Source of the DNA: Octopus sinensis
Lineage: Eukaryota
Length of the DNA stretch: 64,000 bases
Reading direction: 5' to 3'
Assembly (NCBI RefSeq): GCF_006345805.1
Contig: NC_042999.1
Location: 100,068,001 to 100,132,000 of the forward strand
In this document: positions 51,561 to 64,000 of the stretch, piece by piece
Layout: each line of letters begins with the position of its first letter
Numbering within the stretch: the stretch's first letter is position 1
The notes under the pieces: model-generated
What the model was told of the DNA's origin: nothing
Seen by the model: the letters and a program-made list of their open reading frames with translations, nothing else
Databases searched by the model: none
Translations under genes and position numbers: made by a program

Positions 51561-54500
51561 ATGAATATATACACATGTGTACATATACATATATATGTAT
51601 GTAACTATGTATGTGCTTATGTATTTATAAGCATATGCTACCGTAAATTACCTTAAAGACATTAAAGTTTTAATATTTGTTAAGTTTTGAAACAAAATTG
51701 ATAATCAATACATATATTAATGCAAAGGTATTAATAAGTGCTTAAAACGGACGATAAATATTTGTATGATAATTCCTTTTTTTTAAAAAAAAAGAATTTT
51801 TGAAAGTATCTTACTTGATTATATATTCCCGTTTTTATAAGTTTAGAACCACGTATACAAAATTGTAAAATTTTTGCAAATTTAAGATTACGAATCAAGT
51901 CCATGTTATTATGCTAATTGCGACATTAGAAATGAGAGAGAGCAACAAAGTTTCTCACCTACGATGTAAACGTGCATTCCAGGCAAATTGGTCACTCTTA
52001 GAAGTCGCAGACAAACAAAAAGCAAACCCCTAAAAATGTAGAATTATTCCCAAACTCTCAGAGGCCAACAGTAGGAGAAACTGTTCTTGCACAACAGACT
52101 TACAATATTAGTGACAACTTTTAGCAGTGGCTACGGATAAAGACTTCACTCTCAAAATGACATTCATTTCACTTAATAAGCAAAGAGCAAACCTCAGATT
52201 CATATAATATAAGATGCCTTGCCCAGTAAAGTCTTTTCGGTTATTTAAGTTAATATAATGAAGTCTCCCGTTTTCTAACTAAAACGAAAAAACTTTTTTG
52301 CTATCATTTTCTGTTCCTGTTTACCATCCGATCATCAACAATGTTGTCATAATCCCCGAACAGTGTGACCGAATACATACGGCATCAAGCGCAAGATTTC
52401 TTTTTATAAACCGTGAGTTTATTCCTGCCTTGTGCAATTAATCACTGATACTCTCATTAAAGTGTATTGCTTGTACATTAGGATTTAAAATGATTTGCTC
52501 CAAAAGAGTACGAAATAACAACACCCAAAGTTTTGTCATTATATATTATGATTGGGCTTACTCAAATTCGTGGTCTAATCCTTCTCGAGCAAGCTGACAC
52601 AGGTAGAAATCGGTTATGAAGAATGCATGTATAGAAAAAAATACCTGAGTTGCAATTTTGTGTCATCAAGGAAATTCAAACAATATTAAGAAGTTTGGAC
52701 CTTATGGTTTGTCTTCAGTGTTTTATAGACTATGGCTACTGTCATGGCATAATTGAGCATGTAAATGTAAGACGAATGTGACTCAAACTTAATTTCATCA
52801 TACCCACAGAACTGCAAGCCAAAGGTATGCTCATCAATCCATGTTGTTGTTTTCTTAATGCCCTGCCTAATTTAAAAATCTATAAGGATCACATACATTC
52901 TTATCATGATATTATCCTTGTTTTATCAGACAGTATATGGATTATGCATGTAGGTTTTTTTTTTCTTTAGTAAGCACAGTAGGATGTAATTTGAGGGAAA
53001 TGTGGTTGCTCGGTCTAGCGGACCGAGTGACAAAATAGCAGCTTCTTCGTGCAACTATTTTTTTTTTTACAATATTGACCTCTATTAGCCTGAAGGCTTG
53101 AAATACTGAGCAACTGCATCAAGCTAGGAGCATATTGCAGTTCAGGTAATAGTATACAAACAACCAACTTTGCACCTGATTGTCCGAAATTAGGACGACT
53201 CGTTCATATGCAAACCAAACGATAACTCGGAACCTTGAGAGACTAAACTAGTTAAAGCATCAAATGCTTTAAAACAGTCGGATTTGCAATAAACAATAAC
53301 ATATAAACTCAAGTTAATACTTTAACTTGAGATGAATAAAGAAGAAAAATACATTCGGTATCGTATTAGATAATCTGATGGATTATTCTTAGCAATTAGG
53401 TTCTTGCCGCGGCTGTAACTGTAAGCTTCCATAATACTATGTCCTTTGGTTCAATCTTAAACAAGCACCAAATTTCAAAGATACTAAAGAATCTGTTAAT
53501 TTTTTTGTCTGGATATACATAAGGAGTGAATGAAACAGTGAACTTCATCGTCTCAATAAGAGAATTATTCCTATGTGTGATTAAAGAACTTATGTTAACG
53601 AACAATCTAAAATACGATATAAGCAGGTCATTGGCCTTACCAATAAGTCAAGAGTATTCTGAATATGTACATCCATTTGATGTAATATTTGTACATGGCA
53701 ACCCAGTCTCGAGAAACTCGACCGGAATATTTTTCAAAGTGAGATCGAACCAAGGTTATTTGCATTATATACTGACATTTTATCAATTATGATTTAGTGA
53801 CAGTCGAAACTAAGAAAATAATCCGGCTCAAGAGGAGATAATAAAAGATCGGAATACTTGATTCCACTTTCAGGATTGAATCCCAACCTATTTGAAGGAA
53901 TTTTATTATGGAACATTATATCTTCAACATTTTCTGTCTCCGTCCTTTCTCTGCTGTTCTATTTCTTTTCAGAGATAATCGGCTTTGCAATATTCCCGTT
54001 AAGTTGCGAGAATTGTTATCGGCTTAGTTTGTGGTTACATCGGATGGGTCAAGTAAGAAGTTGTTTCAGAATATAAGTCAAGCCTTGAAGGAGAGCTAGC
54101 GCAATTTAAGTACACTGATTCGGATTATGAAACTGTTGTTAGAATTGAGAGCGCTTTACTATCAAAAGCCACTCTCAACATGTCGGATGTCGAATAGATG
54201 CTAAAATATATCAAGTACAAATAACACTGAAATATGGAGATTTCGTGGTTTAGAGTTCCTAAATAACTGCACTATAAAGCCAATGCAAGATTTATATCGA
54301 TAATTTTTCTATTCTTATATGTAGGTAGACGCATGTCTTTTTAAAATGAGCTTGTGTTTGGATATAAGCATATATATGCGTGCATATGTCTTTATATGTA
54401 TGTGTATATGCATGCCTGTATGTGCAGGTCTGTGTATCTGTGTGTGGTGTGAAATACTTCCCAACAAAGAACTCAATTTTGTTTCGTTATTTTTATTTGT

Positions 54501-55401
54501 TGCAATATATTCTTTATCAGAAACTCGGTAAGTAGTAGAAAGGATAAAGTGCCGGATTAAATGCCAAACGGCTACATGCTTTAGTTACAATTCAATGTTT
54601 CAGTTCAAATACCGCTACGTTAACTCTGTCTATTCCTCCTCCGGGGACCATTAAAAATAAGTTGCAAACGTGAGCATGATATAATTCAGTTCACCAGCTC
54701 TTACCGTCCTCATGTGGGCATGGTTCAGAAATTAATATATTTTGTACTAGTAGTGAAGTTTGTAGAGCAAGCCGCCACTCTTTTTCCAATTCGATTCGAT
54801 TAGATTCTCATTTACACCACTAATGCTCCTCAAATATTCTTCCTTCCGCATTATAAGTAAACATAAAGTTCTTATGCCCTGTCGTAAAAAGGGGTCAGTA
54901 TATGGCTATATTCTTTGTAAGTACAATGGGTCGTAGAGAAGAGCTAATTTCCGCAAACCCGGTATAGAATTGAGGTACAGATTTCTAGCATTATCTAGTT
55001 TATTTCAATTTATTATTGATTCACTTCCCACACTTTACAAGTTGGCAAACATTTCACCAACAAACGTATGATGTATACAGCTCCAAATCATTAAAGTAAT
55101 TGAAGAAAAAACAATAAACCATTAACGACATGTGACATGGGACGGTCATTCCCTATTTTGCGGGGGGGGGATACACACGCACTATTTAGTCGTTCTTCAC
55201 TCATTTATTACTGTTCTTATTTTAACCCATGTTCATTGTCCGAAAATCTTTCCTCACATATCTGTGACCTCTTCAGCGACGCTTTCCGTTCTCGTGTGTG
55301 TTCCTGTTCTTCTATATACATATGCATGTGTAAAATGTATCTGCATGTATAAGTACATATATGTATGTTTACATATGCGTGAAGAACGTATACGTATGTG
55401 T

Positions 55402-55463
<62 letters not shown>

Positions 55464-55475
55464 TGTGTGTGTGTG

Positions 55476-55681
55476 TATAAAATTAGTGTACATTTAAACG
55501 CAAGAGAGGCGGTCTTTAACAGACAACCTTACACGCTAGAAGAAGCACTCAAAACGACCAAAACCACATTTAAGAGTAATTTCGAAAGGAATGAAAAATA
55601 AAAACTTTTACCTTGTTTATTTTTACAGCCATACCTGTTAAAGGCCGCCTCTCTTGTGTTTAAATGTACACTAATTTTATA
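55476..55681. mobile_element. MITE with 47-bp TIRs and TA ends
   Basis: 55476-55522 vs reverse complement of 55635-55681: 45/47 identical. Confidence 0.88.
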
Positions 55682-55756
55682 TGGAGAATATGTTACCTAT
55701 TGACTTTTTATACATGCTTGGCCACTGGTAGTGAAATTTCTAAAAACCTCGCTACC

Positions 55757-55790
<34 letters not shown>

Positions 55791-55929
55791 TGATATGTAT
55801 ATGTATGGGTGTATGTATGTATAATTGGCTCTGTGTATAAGTGTATATGTGGTATATGTGTTGAAAGTAAGATAGACGAAATAGTATCGAAAGAATTGTA
55901 ATAGTGTTTATTTTACGGTTTATTTTATA

Positions 55930-56180
55930 CCACGACACATTTTGTATATGAGTGTATATGTATCTGTGAATATGTGTGTGCTTTCGCGTTCATTACATAC
56001 CACGTAGTAAAAAACATTTTATACCACGACGACGACACATTTTGTATATGAGTGTGTATATGCATGTCAGTGTCTGTGTGTTTGTGCGTGCCCAGTAACT
56101 CGTAATCCGGGCAACGCCGAGTAATACAGCTTGTCCGTTATTTAAACTATGTATTCAAATGTTTCACATCCTATCGGAAT
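55930..56180 (+). repeat. Direct repeat copy 1: Helitron-like 3' end plus 46-bp flank
   Basis: Four differences from 58958-59207. Hairpin CGGGCAACGCCG followed by CAGCTTG|T. Confidence 0.88.
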
Positions 56181-56994
56181 TGCAAGTATTTTCAGCGCAG
56201 ATCGTGTACTGGAATGAAAGCGATTGCGGCGTACAAGACACAAGTTAGCTATTCAGAAACACACATAGATTTTTTAACTTTACTCAAACATTTATTAACA
56301 ATATGGTGTCAAACATTTTCGTCACTCGAAACTAAGCTTATTCATTGACAAAAAGTTATGCTACATCAAAAAACATTTTAAATTCAAGCTATATAATTTC
56401 AGATACTTTCCGGCGATTGCAGTTTGTTGTAGACTTTAAAACATTTTTTTGACAAACATTTAACTTACCTAGAAATAGGAGCGTTAGAATATTTCATTTT
56501 GAATGTTACAGACATTAATTATCATTTATATAATATTCGATAGTAAATTGAACGGAAGCTGCTTCAATTTGTCGTTATAGTGACTGGTTATTACAAATAC
56601 ATTGTGCTAAGCTATATATTTTTATATAGAATGTAAATTCATACATATACCGTACATAAATTTCAGATTTATATTATGATTTTCATATATTCTATTGGAA
56701 ACTGCTTTATAGAACTAAAATATACATGAATATGTTAATTATCTCATTAGTATTTTTGAATAATAATGAACTTTAGTTTAGGCAGAAGGTCAGCAAATTA
56801 GTGGGACCGTCGTCGATAACATCAACTGCAGTAGTTGGCTTTATTTTTATCGACCTAGACTTTAAAAAATTGGCTTTGACCGGATTTGAGCTCAGAACCA
56901 AAAGAGTGAGGGAAAATCCGAAAGATATTTGGTCCTGCGTTCTAAAAATTTTGCCAGCTCAAAGCCTTATAACAATATTGACAATCATTTCTAA

Positions 56995-57178
56995 TATAGG
57001 CACAAGGCCTAGAATTTCGGAGGAGGGGTAAGTCGATTACATCGATCCCTGTACACAACTGTGACTTACTTTACTGACGCCCGAAAAATGAAAGGCAAAG
57101 TCGACCTCGGCTGAATTTGAACTCAGAACATGAAGACGGATTAAATGCCGCTAAGTATTTTGTCCTGCGTGCTAATAA
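56995..57178 (-). mobile_element. SINE family A monomer (another decayed copy at ~56780-56950)
   Basis: Reverse complement of the family A core. Confidence 0.8.
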
Positions 57179-57182
57179 GATC

Positions 57183-57360
57183 GGTACAAATGCAAAGGTA
57201 GAACATCTACAAAAATCAGCATTGCCTGAAACTGCAGGAATTCTTCGCAGAGTTCTTGAAGCATGACCAGTAAAATAGTGTCACGTTAGCCTGTTGACTG
57301 TGAACAGCTGACAATTGCCATTATACCCAGCAAAATAAGCTGTGAGTTTGTATAAAATAT
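57183..57360 (+). pseudogene. R4/Dong-like non-LTR retrotransposon 3' end
   Basis: GTNAKVEHLQKSALPETAGILRRVLEA* followed by a short 3' UTR and (TTA)n. Confidence 0.7.
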
Positions 57361-57368
57361 TAATAAGA

Positions 57369-57429
<61 letters not shown>

Positions 57430-57430
<1 letters not shown>

Positions 57431-57860
57431 AAAGCAAATGTGAAAGAGGAGACTACAAAATAAAGTGAAAACTTTAAGGCAAGATCTGAGTTGAGTAGAA
57501 GCCTGGAAAACAAACAAGCTCGGAAACACAAGATGCATATTTTGCCTCGAGGAAAGACACTTAGTCAAAGAGAAAGGATTTGAGACAATAATAGAAGAGT
57601 TAAAACAGCGTATCATAGCAGTAGCAGGAAAGCTCTCCAGATATCAGAGAGACTATGGAAAGTGCGGGTAAAATATATCCCAGTAGTTATAGCTGCATTG
57701 AGAACTATCCCTAAAGATCTTGAAGAGATGGATAGAGGAAATAGGCCTGCAGAAAGCACTGTTATTAGGGACAGCTAGGATACTTAGAAGGGCTCTTGGC
57801 ATCGTGGGCAACTTGTTGTAGCTCGATCTTAGGATTCTTTTCTTTTCCAACAGTCTAATT
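57430..57860 (+). pseudogene. Internally deleted R4/Dong-like non-LTR retrotransposon
   Basis: RRLQNKVKTLRQDLS..KEKGFETIIEELKQRIIAVAGKLSRYQ joined directly to RLWKVRVKYIPVVIAALRTIPKDL..KRWIEEIG..LQKALLLGTARILRRAL. Confidence 0.78.
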
Positions 57861-58699
57861 TGTTGAGGGTATATAAATAACAGCAACAACAGCAGCACCA
57901 ACAACAACAATAACAACAACAACAACAACAATAATGCAGTACAATGTACTGGCTCTCATGACCTCTGAGAATTAAAAGAAGATGAAAATGAAAATCATAA
58001 TGATAATGAGAAGAAGAAGAAGAATATTTCTAATATCAGCACAAGTTCTGAAACGTTTTAGGGAAGGGAACTAATGATTTACAGCGACCCCACCGCTCAA
58101 TTGATACTTTTATTGCAATAATAATAATGACGATGAAGATGATGATGATATGGTGATATGATCATAATGATAATGATGATGATGACGACGACGACAACGC
58201 CAACGACGTTAATGATATTGAGTTCCAGTTTTCACTGGTGTGATTTTCATTCCCTTGAAAGTTAACTTGACCTTCATTCTTTCTAGAGTCGACTAATCAT
58301 GGAGTCGATAAGAATTGGCAAAAGTTCACTTTGCCTTCCTCTCGCTTGGGAAAAAATCTGTTTATACTACAGGTCAATATTACCTGATAGTAGTTAAGTG
58401 CTACATGTCAGGACATTTTCAAAAATTTACTAATACTGCTGGAGTTTATAGCAGTATTATTTATGGTAACAGAACTTCGCTCTTTTTGTACTATGAATAA
58501 AGAACAATCGGGATTGCACTGTACAAAATATTTCGCGGTAACATATATATATATATATAAAATTCTTCACCTGTCTCTTCCCTATGCATTCTCAAAGAGC
58601 TCCAGCAAATCAAATCACATTTTACAAGGTAACAGTATTATACCCCTCGAGTGTCAACATGTAACTTGTATTTTCATTTAGATTAAAGCAATATAACAT

Positions 58700-59207
58700 T
58701 ACTCTTTCTGTAGTCACATTTTATACTACATTTTATATCACTACGATAACAATGTTACATTTTGTAAATGTGTGTGTATGTGTCTGTAAGTGTGTGTGTG
58801 TTTCTGTACGTTCGTTACGTACGACATAGTACAGGACATTTTATACTTCTACGACAACGACGACACGGTTTGCATATCAGTGTGTATGTGTTTGTTTGTG
58901 TGTGTGTGTTTGCGCGTTCCTTACGTACGACATAATAAAGGACATTTTATACCATCACCACGACACATTTTGTATATGAGTGTATATGTATCTGTGAATA
59001 TGTGTGTGCTTTCGCGTTCATTACGTACCACGTAGTAAAAACATTTTATACCACGACGACGACACATTTTGTATATGAGTGTGTATATGCCTGTCAGTGT
59101 CTGTGTGTTTGTGCGTGCCCAGTAACTCGTAATCCGGGTAACGCCGAGTAATACAGCTTGTCCGTTATTTAAACTATGTATTCAAATGTTTCACATCCTA
59201 TCGGAAT
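58700..59207 (+). mobile_element. Helitron-like element with ~90-100-bp minisatellite units, ending in direct repeat copy 2
   Basis: Recurring ACATTTTATAC..ACGAC..TTTG.ATAT.AG(TG)n..CGTT..TTACGTAC units, with the same 3' hairpin and CTTG end as 55930-56180. Confidence 0.65.
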
Positions 59208-62200
59208 CATGTTTCCGAGTGAAGAATCGAGCTCTCAAGTATGTGAATAAAAGTCTATTTATTTGTGTATGTCATTTTATTATCTAATAATTTACACACG
59301 TGTACATATATACATATATAGACACACAGATTTATATACACAACTATCTAAAATACGTGTATTTTATATATAGTTATACAGATAGATATATATACACACA
59401 TACGTTGATATATTATACGTATATGTGTGTATATATATATATATATATTATATATATATATATAATATATATATATATACATGTATATACATACGTATGT
59501 ATATTACATAAATGCATACATACGTACGTACATACATACATACAATGTATTTTTATATGTATGGATGTAATTCTCAGCAATGAATGTCACATATAACAAG
59601 TAATAACTCTGATTTTACAAAAAAATAATAATAATCGAATTGTATTATTACATACTCTTGAACCAATTTAAACATATGAATATATATTTTTCAACATTTT
59701 GTTGCTCCTGCTCATGTGACACAATCTGCTTAGTAATCTAACCCAAACACGTTTACACTGCTAAATACAGGAATTAGGGCTATTTCCACTTAGCGTTGCA
59801 GAATCCTCAACGAGAATTCTACATATATTTTGAGATTCCTCGCTAATAGGTTTTAGAAATAACTTAACAGAGAAGTTGATGCATTAATTTCCGGAGAAAT
59901 ACCTGCCACGAGGCAGATAATTGATACAGGCAATGAAAGAAATTAGTTTAGTGTTGCTACGACATAAATATACAGTAAAGTCTGTACTTAGAATCGATTT
60001 CCGCATAAAACCTCTTTTATAAAAGATATTCGCGTTTAAAATATCGTACATTTCTATGATATTCCAGAGTTATGATGGAATGAGACAGCCATGACAGATA
60101 GGAGATAGATTTATTCAAACCATAATTCAGTACTAAGCTAAATAAATGTAGCTGGACAATAAGAGATCCTCAACCATTATATTTAGATTTTTTTTGTTTT
60201 GATTAACTAAATTATGAACAAACGGCACCAAAATTGAACTGCGAAGAAAATGAGCGTAAAACAGTTGTTACGATGTCACATTGGAACATTTCCCTGATCC
60301 AATTTACAGCTTATAAATACGATCAGGCATGAATATGTGTTAGAAGTTTGCTCGTTACCATGTGACTTCCAGTTCAGTGCCATTTCACTAATGATTTCGG
60401 AGTGAATTTGAATAATGAAAAAAGCTGGAAAGCTCGTCGTAAATATATATGTGTTTGCGCGCATGTGTGTGTGAGCGAGTAACTGCGTGCTTGTGCGAGC
60501 GTGCATCACCATTTGGCACTAAGTGTTAATCTGTTTACCATCCCGTGTCTTAATGTTTAGCAAAAGACAAGTAATTAGTGGGGTTGGTTTGTTTGACTGA
60601 AGACTTTGAGGCATTGTCCTTGCGTGACTGCAATCGAAATATATCTAAATACTGAGTAACAAAACTGCCTACCTAAAAAAATGCCAGCAATATTCTAACA
60701 ATTTCTTATATTTTGTCTGTGAGATGCAGTACAAGAGTAATTTATTCTCTGAGTATCTTCATTTTACTATGCCGATAGTGTATACTCTTGAACATTTCTC
60801 ATAACCATTTTACTGAAGATGTCTAATAAGAACAAAACAGACTCCTATAATCATTGAAAGTATTAAAATATCGTTACTTCATCGCTAATATTATGTTTGT
60901 ATTTCTTTTCTCGCTGCATGATTTTTTCTAGTTAGCCCTTAGATGCCACTTGCATGCTAACATAAGAACGCACTCATTCATACACGCACATACACAAACA
61001 TGCATATACACATAAATATATATACATTATATATTTAATATATATAGCTGTGTAACATATATATATATATAATGTAAGCATGTATGTATGTATTTATGTA
61101 TGTATGTAGTGAATTTTGTATATGAACCTGTTCTCGAATACCAACATGAAGTGGCCTCTGGGGAATCAAATGATTTGCTAAAGATAGCTGCCAAATGTCT
61201 CTCAATTCACACCCTATCATCTTAATAGAAAGACATTGGATAATGTAGTTATTGGATATATAAAAGATAGCAAAGTCACCACTAAAACAACTTGATACCC
61301 TACTCAATCAACGCTGAACAACAACCCCACACTTGAGGGATCCACTTGCACTCAACATTTTAATTCTACTCTGTCTCACTTCCCAAACCCGGACTTAAGC
61401 ACTCTGCTTATCCTGTTAAAACTTTCTCTTGGTTCACGATTTATTATATACAGGGTGTTAACCTAGAGACGTAAAGGCTAGGCTGCAATCTCATTGACAT
61501 TGTTATGCCGGCACAGCTTTAAAATTTTGTGATTGATTAAGAACCAGCTCTTTCATCGTTGAGGTAGACCATTCTAACACAAACATCGTTGAGGTTGACC
61601 ATTCTTACACATATTTCAGTTTTACTGAAATACAAATAACCATGCACATACACATGTACGCACACATGCACACACAATATACGTACAAACATATATGCAC
61701 ATATGCAAACCTATATTCATGCATACATTTGCAAATAAATTTCAGACACACAAAAGTTTATTTTAAATATTTTTTTTTGCTTTGCTTTTTTTTTCATTAT
61801 ATTGTTTTTTTCCTGCATGCCTGCAACCTTTGGCAGACCTTCCCAGAACAGTGAAATCGATGCTATATATGTTTATTTTGAACTTATGTTAGTCCATGTC
61901 CGGATCTGAAAAGCAATAGAGAGAAATGCAGAGAGAGAGAGGGAGAGAGAGGGGAAGGAAAGAGAGTTCTATAGTGTAGCGTTTCTGGGAAGAAAAGTTT
62001 GGGTAAAGTGTTTAGAAGAGGATTGGTAGTACACACCATGCAAATAAATATATTAAGAAATACACAAACAAACATAACAGACATTCATCCATTTCATTTG
62101 TTTACACAGATTGTATTATATACACACAGGAATAAAACCATATCACAAGTGAGTTTGGATAAAAACACAAAATATATGAACAAAAATATACACACAAATT

Positions 62201-62977
62201 ATACATTCAAACATATAAACAAAACCACTAACATGCGCGCCTGTTTATTGGTAACATTACACACGCAGAGCCAGATACAAGAACTTAGGAACGTATTATG
62301 CATAGGCATTCCCTCAGGTCTGCATACTAGTAAGCATATAAATACACTCACAACCTTGTGTGTGTGTGTGTGTAATGTACGTGCCGGCACACATACATGT
62401 AAATATGCATGTGAGTGTTTATGTATAAATATATATGTGTGTGTGTGTATACATATATAGACGTATGTACGTACGTATATATTGTGTGCGCATACTGTCA
62501 AATTATGCATGTCATTTGTGTATATATGCATATGCATATATATGAATATGTCTCTATGTGTACATATATATGCGTATATTTATGAATATACACGTATATA
62601 TGCATACATATAACTATGCATATACATATACATTTATACATACATTTATTTGCATGTAGACAAACAAACAGCAACATACCTATTTAGACGTTTGTGCAAG
62701 CGTACGTTGTTGTGGTTTAATACTTAATCAGCTCTAATCGAGCAGATCTTTGATCAAAGGCATTCCATTCGTGTCTGTCCCAGCTTTTATAATAGATATT
62801 TCTGTATCTAGGCTTACATAAATGAATGTATTCTGTCCTTTTATAAATGTTAGATGGTGGTATTTAAGGAGTCTTTAACTACTATTTCTAGTGGCTTCAA
62901 TGATGGCAGAGGCTCTATGCTGTCAATTTCTTTTTATTCGCACAAAATGTAAAGATATACTGGACATTTCCAGGGCT

Positions 62978-63284
62978 TCGGTATACATAGACTACAACAG
63001 ACAAAATAAACGAAACAGTTATTTTATATATCATCGTGCGTGAAATTATAAGCTTTAGAAAGTTCGTGGAATGTACATTTTTGGAGCGCTCTGTTAGGAA
63101 ACATAATGTGCTGGAACACTTAAATACACGTCGATTGCTGTATAGTGGTCTACCTCGTTTTTGCTTGTTTCTCCTTATAAACCGCTCCAAATATGTACAT
63201 TTCACTAACTTTCTACACAGTTATTATTGTATGGTGATACATCAAATAACCGCTTCGTTCGTCTTTAGTCTATGTATATACGAG
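62978..63284. mobile_element. Old foldback/MITE with ~105-bp imperfect arms
   Basis: 63056-63088 vs reverse complement of 63183-63215 is 30/33 identical. Similarity extends outward to TATACATAGACTA at both ends. Confidence 0.75.
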
Positions 63285-63614
63285 TCTTCGTGATATATGT
63301 TTTGTGTGAGGGAATGAGTAAGTGTTCTGTTCAACAGTGGTTGATGAGGTGCATTGTGAACGAAACATCTAATTGTTCTGCGAGATAACGAGAAGTAAAA
63401 CTTCCATATTGTCTTTAAGTCATCCAGGACTATTTAATTTCTATAGACTAGAGTCATAGCACTAAATATCGTTTGATATATATCGCTTCCATAAACTGAG
63501 CTCCTATTGCCTAAGTACATGTGCGTCTATCTACTACTCCCTTTCTCTCTTTTCATACATACAGTCGTACTGCCACATTATGCTTATATATATATATATA
63601 TGACTATAAAGACA

Positions 63615-63960
63615 CATGCGTAAGAAGCTTGCTTCCCAACCACATGGTTCAAAGCTCAGTCCCATTGCGTGGCATCTTAGGAAAATGTATTCTATTGTAG
63701 CCACGGGTCGAATAAGTCTTGTAAGTGGATTTGGTAGACAAAAACTGAAAGAATCTTGTCGTGTGTATATGTGTGTGTGTGAGTGTGTGTATACATATGT
63801 GTGTGTGTCTCTGTGTCCGCCATCATCACCCCTTGACAACCGGTGTTGGTGTGTTTACGTCCCGTAATTTAGCAGCTCGGCATAAGAGACCAACAGAATA
63901 ATACAAGGCTTAAAAAAATAAATTCTGAGGTCGATTTGTTCGACTAAAACAATAAAAGAA
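63615..63960 (+). mobile_element. SINE family B, decayed
   Basis: AGCTTGCTTCCCAACCACATGGTTC..GTGGATTTGGTAGAC..CCCTTGACAACCGGTGTTGG..GTCGATTTGTTCGACTAAA. Confidence 0.85.
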
Positions 63961-64000
63961 AGAACATATACATACATGCAATATATTCGCACACACACAG

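Noticed and set aside
57281-57931. Minus-strand ORFs of 111 and 92 aa
   Set aside because: Antisense shadows of R4-like fragments plus microsatellite.
61554-61613. 30-bp tandem duplication (similar short ones near 17960-18000 and 32915-32940)
   Set aside because: Ordinary two-copy slippage duplications with no further structure.

Overview
AT-rich, microsatellite-dense eukaryotic DNA made almost entirely of transposon remnants. The SINE families and repeat content resemble an octopus (coleoid cephalopod) genome; this is inference from pattern recognition, not a database result. I cannot support any host protein-coding gene, rRNA, true tRNA or CRISPR array, and most ORF-track entries are microsatellite or antisense artefacts. 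Recognisable content: many tRNA-derived SINEs; a decayed mariner with both TIRs; a Tc1/mariner C-terminal fragment; three MITE/foldback elements; non-autonomous Helitrons and a decayed Helitron Rep/helicase ORF; two R4/Dong-like LINE fragments; and a cluster of Penelope-like element (PLE) material. The PLE material comprises two RT remnants (one with a 5' inversion), four minimal hammerhead ribozyme motifs and a perfect 52-bp hairpin. The most interesting object is 12827-13555, a head-to-head dimer of a tRNA-headed, hammerhead-tailed element flanked by one 12-bp direct repeat; it may be a SINE mobilised by Penelope machinery. All translations and alignments were done by eye, so coordinates may be off by a few bases.
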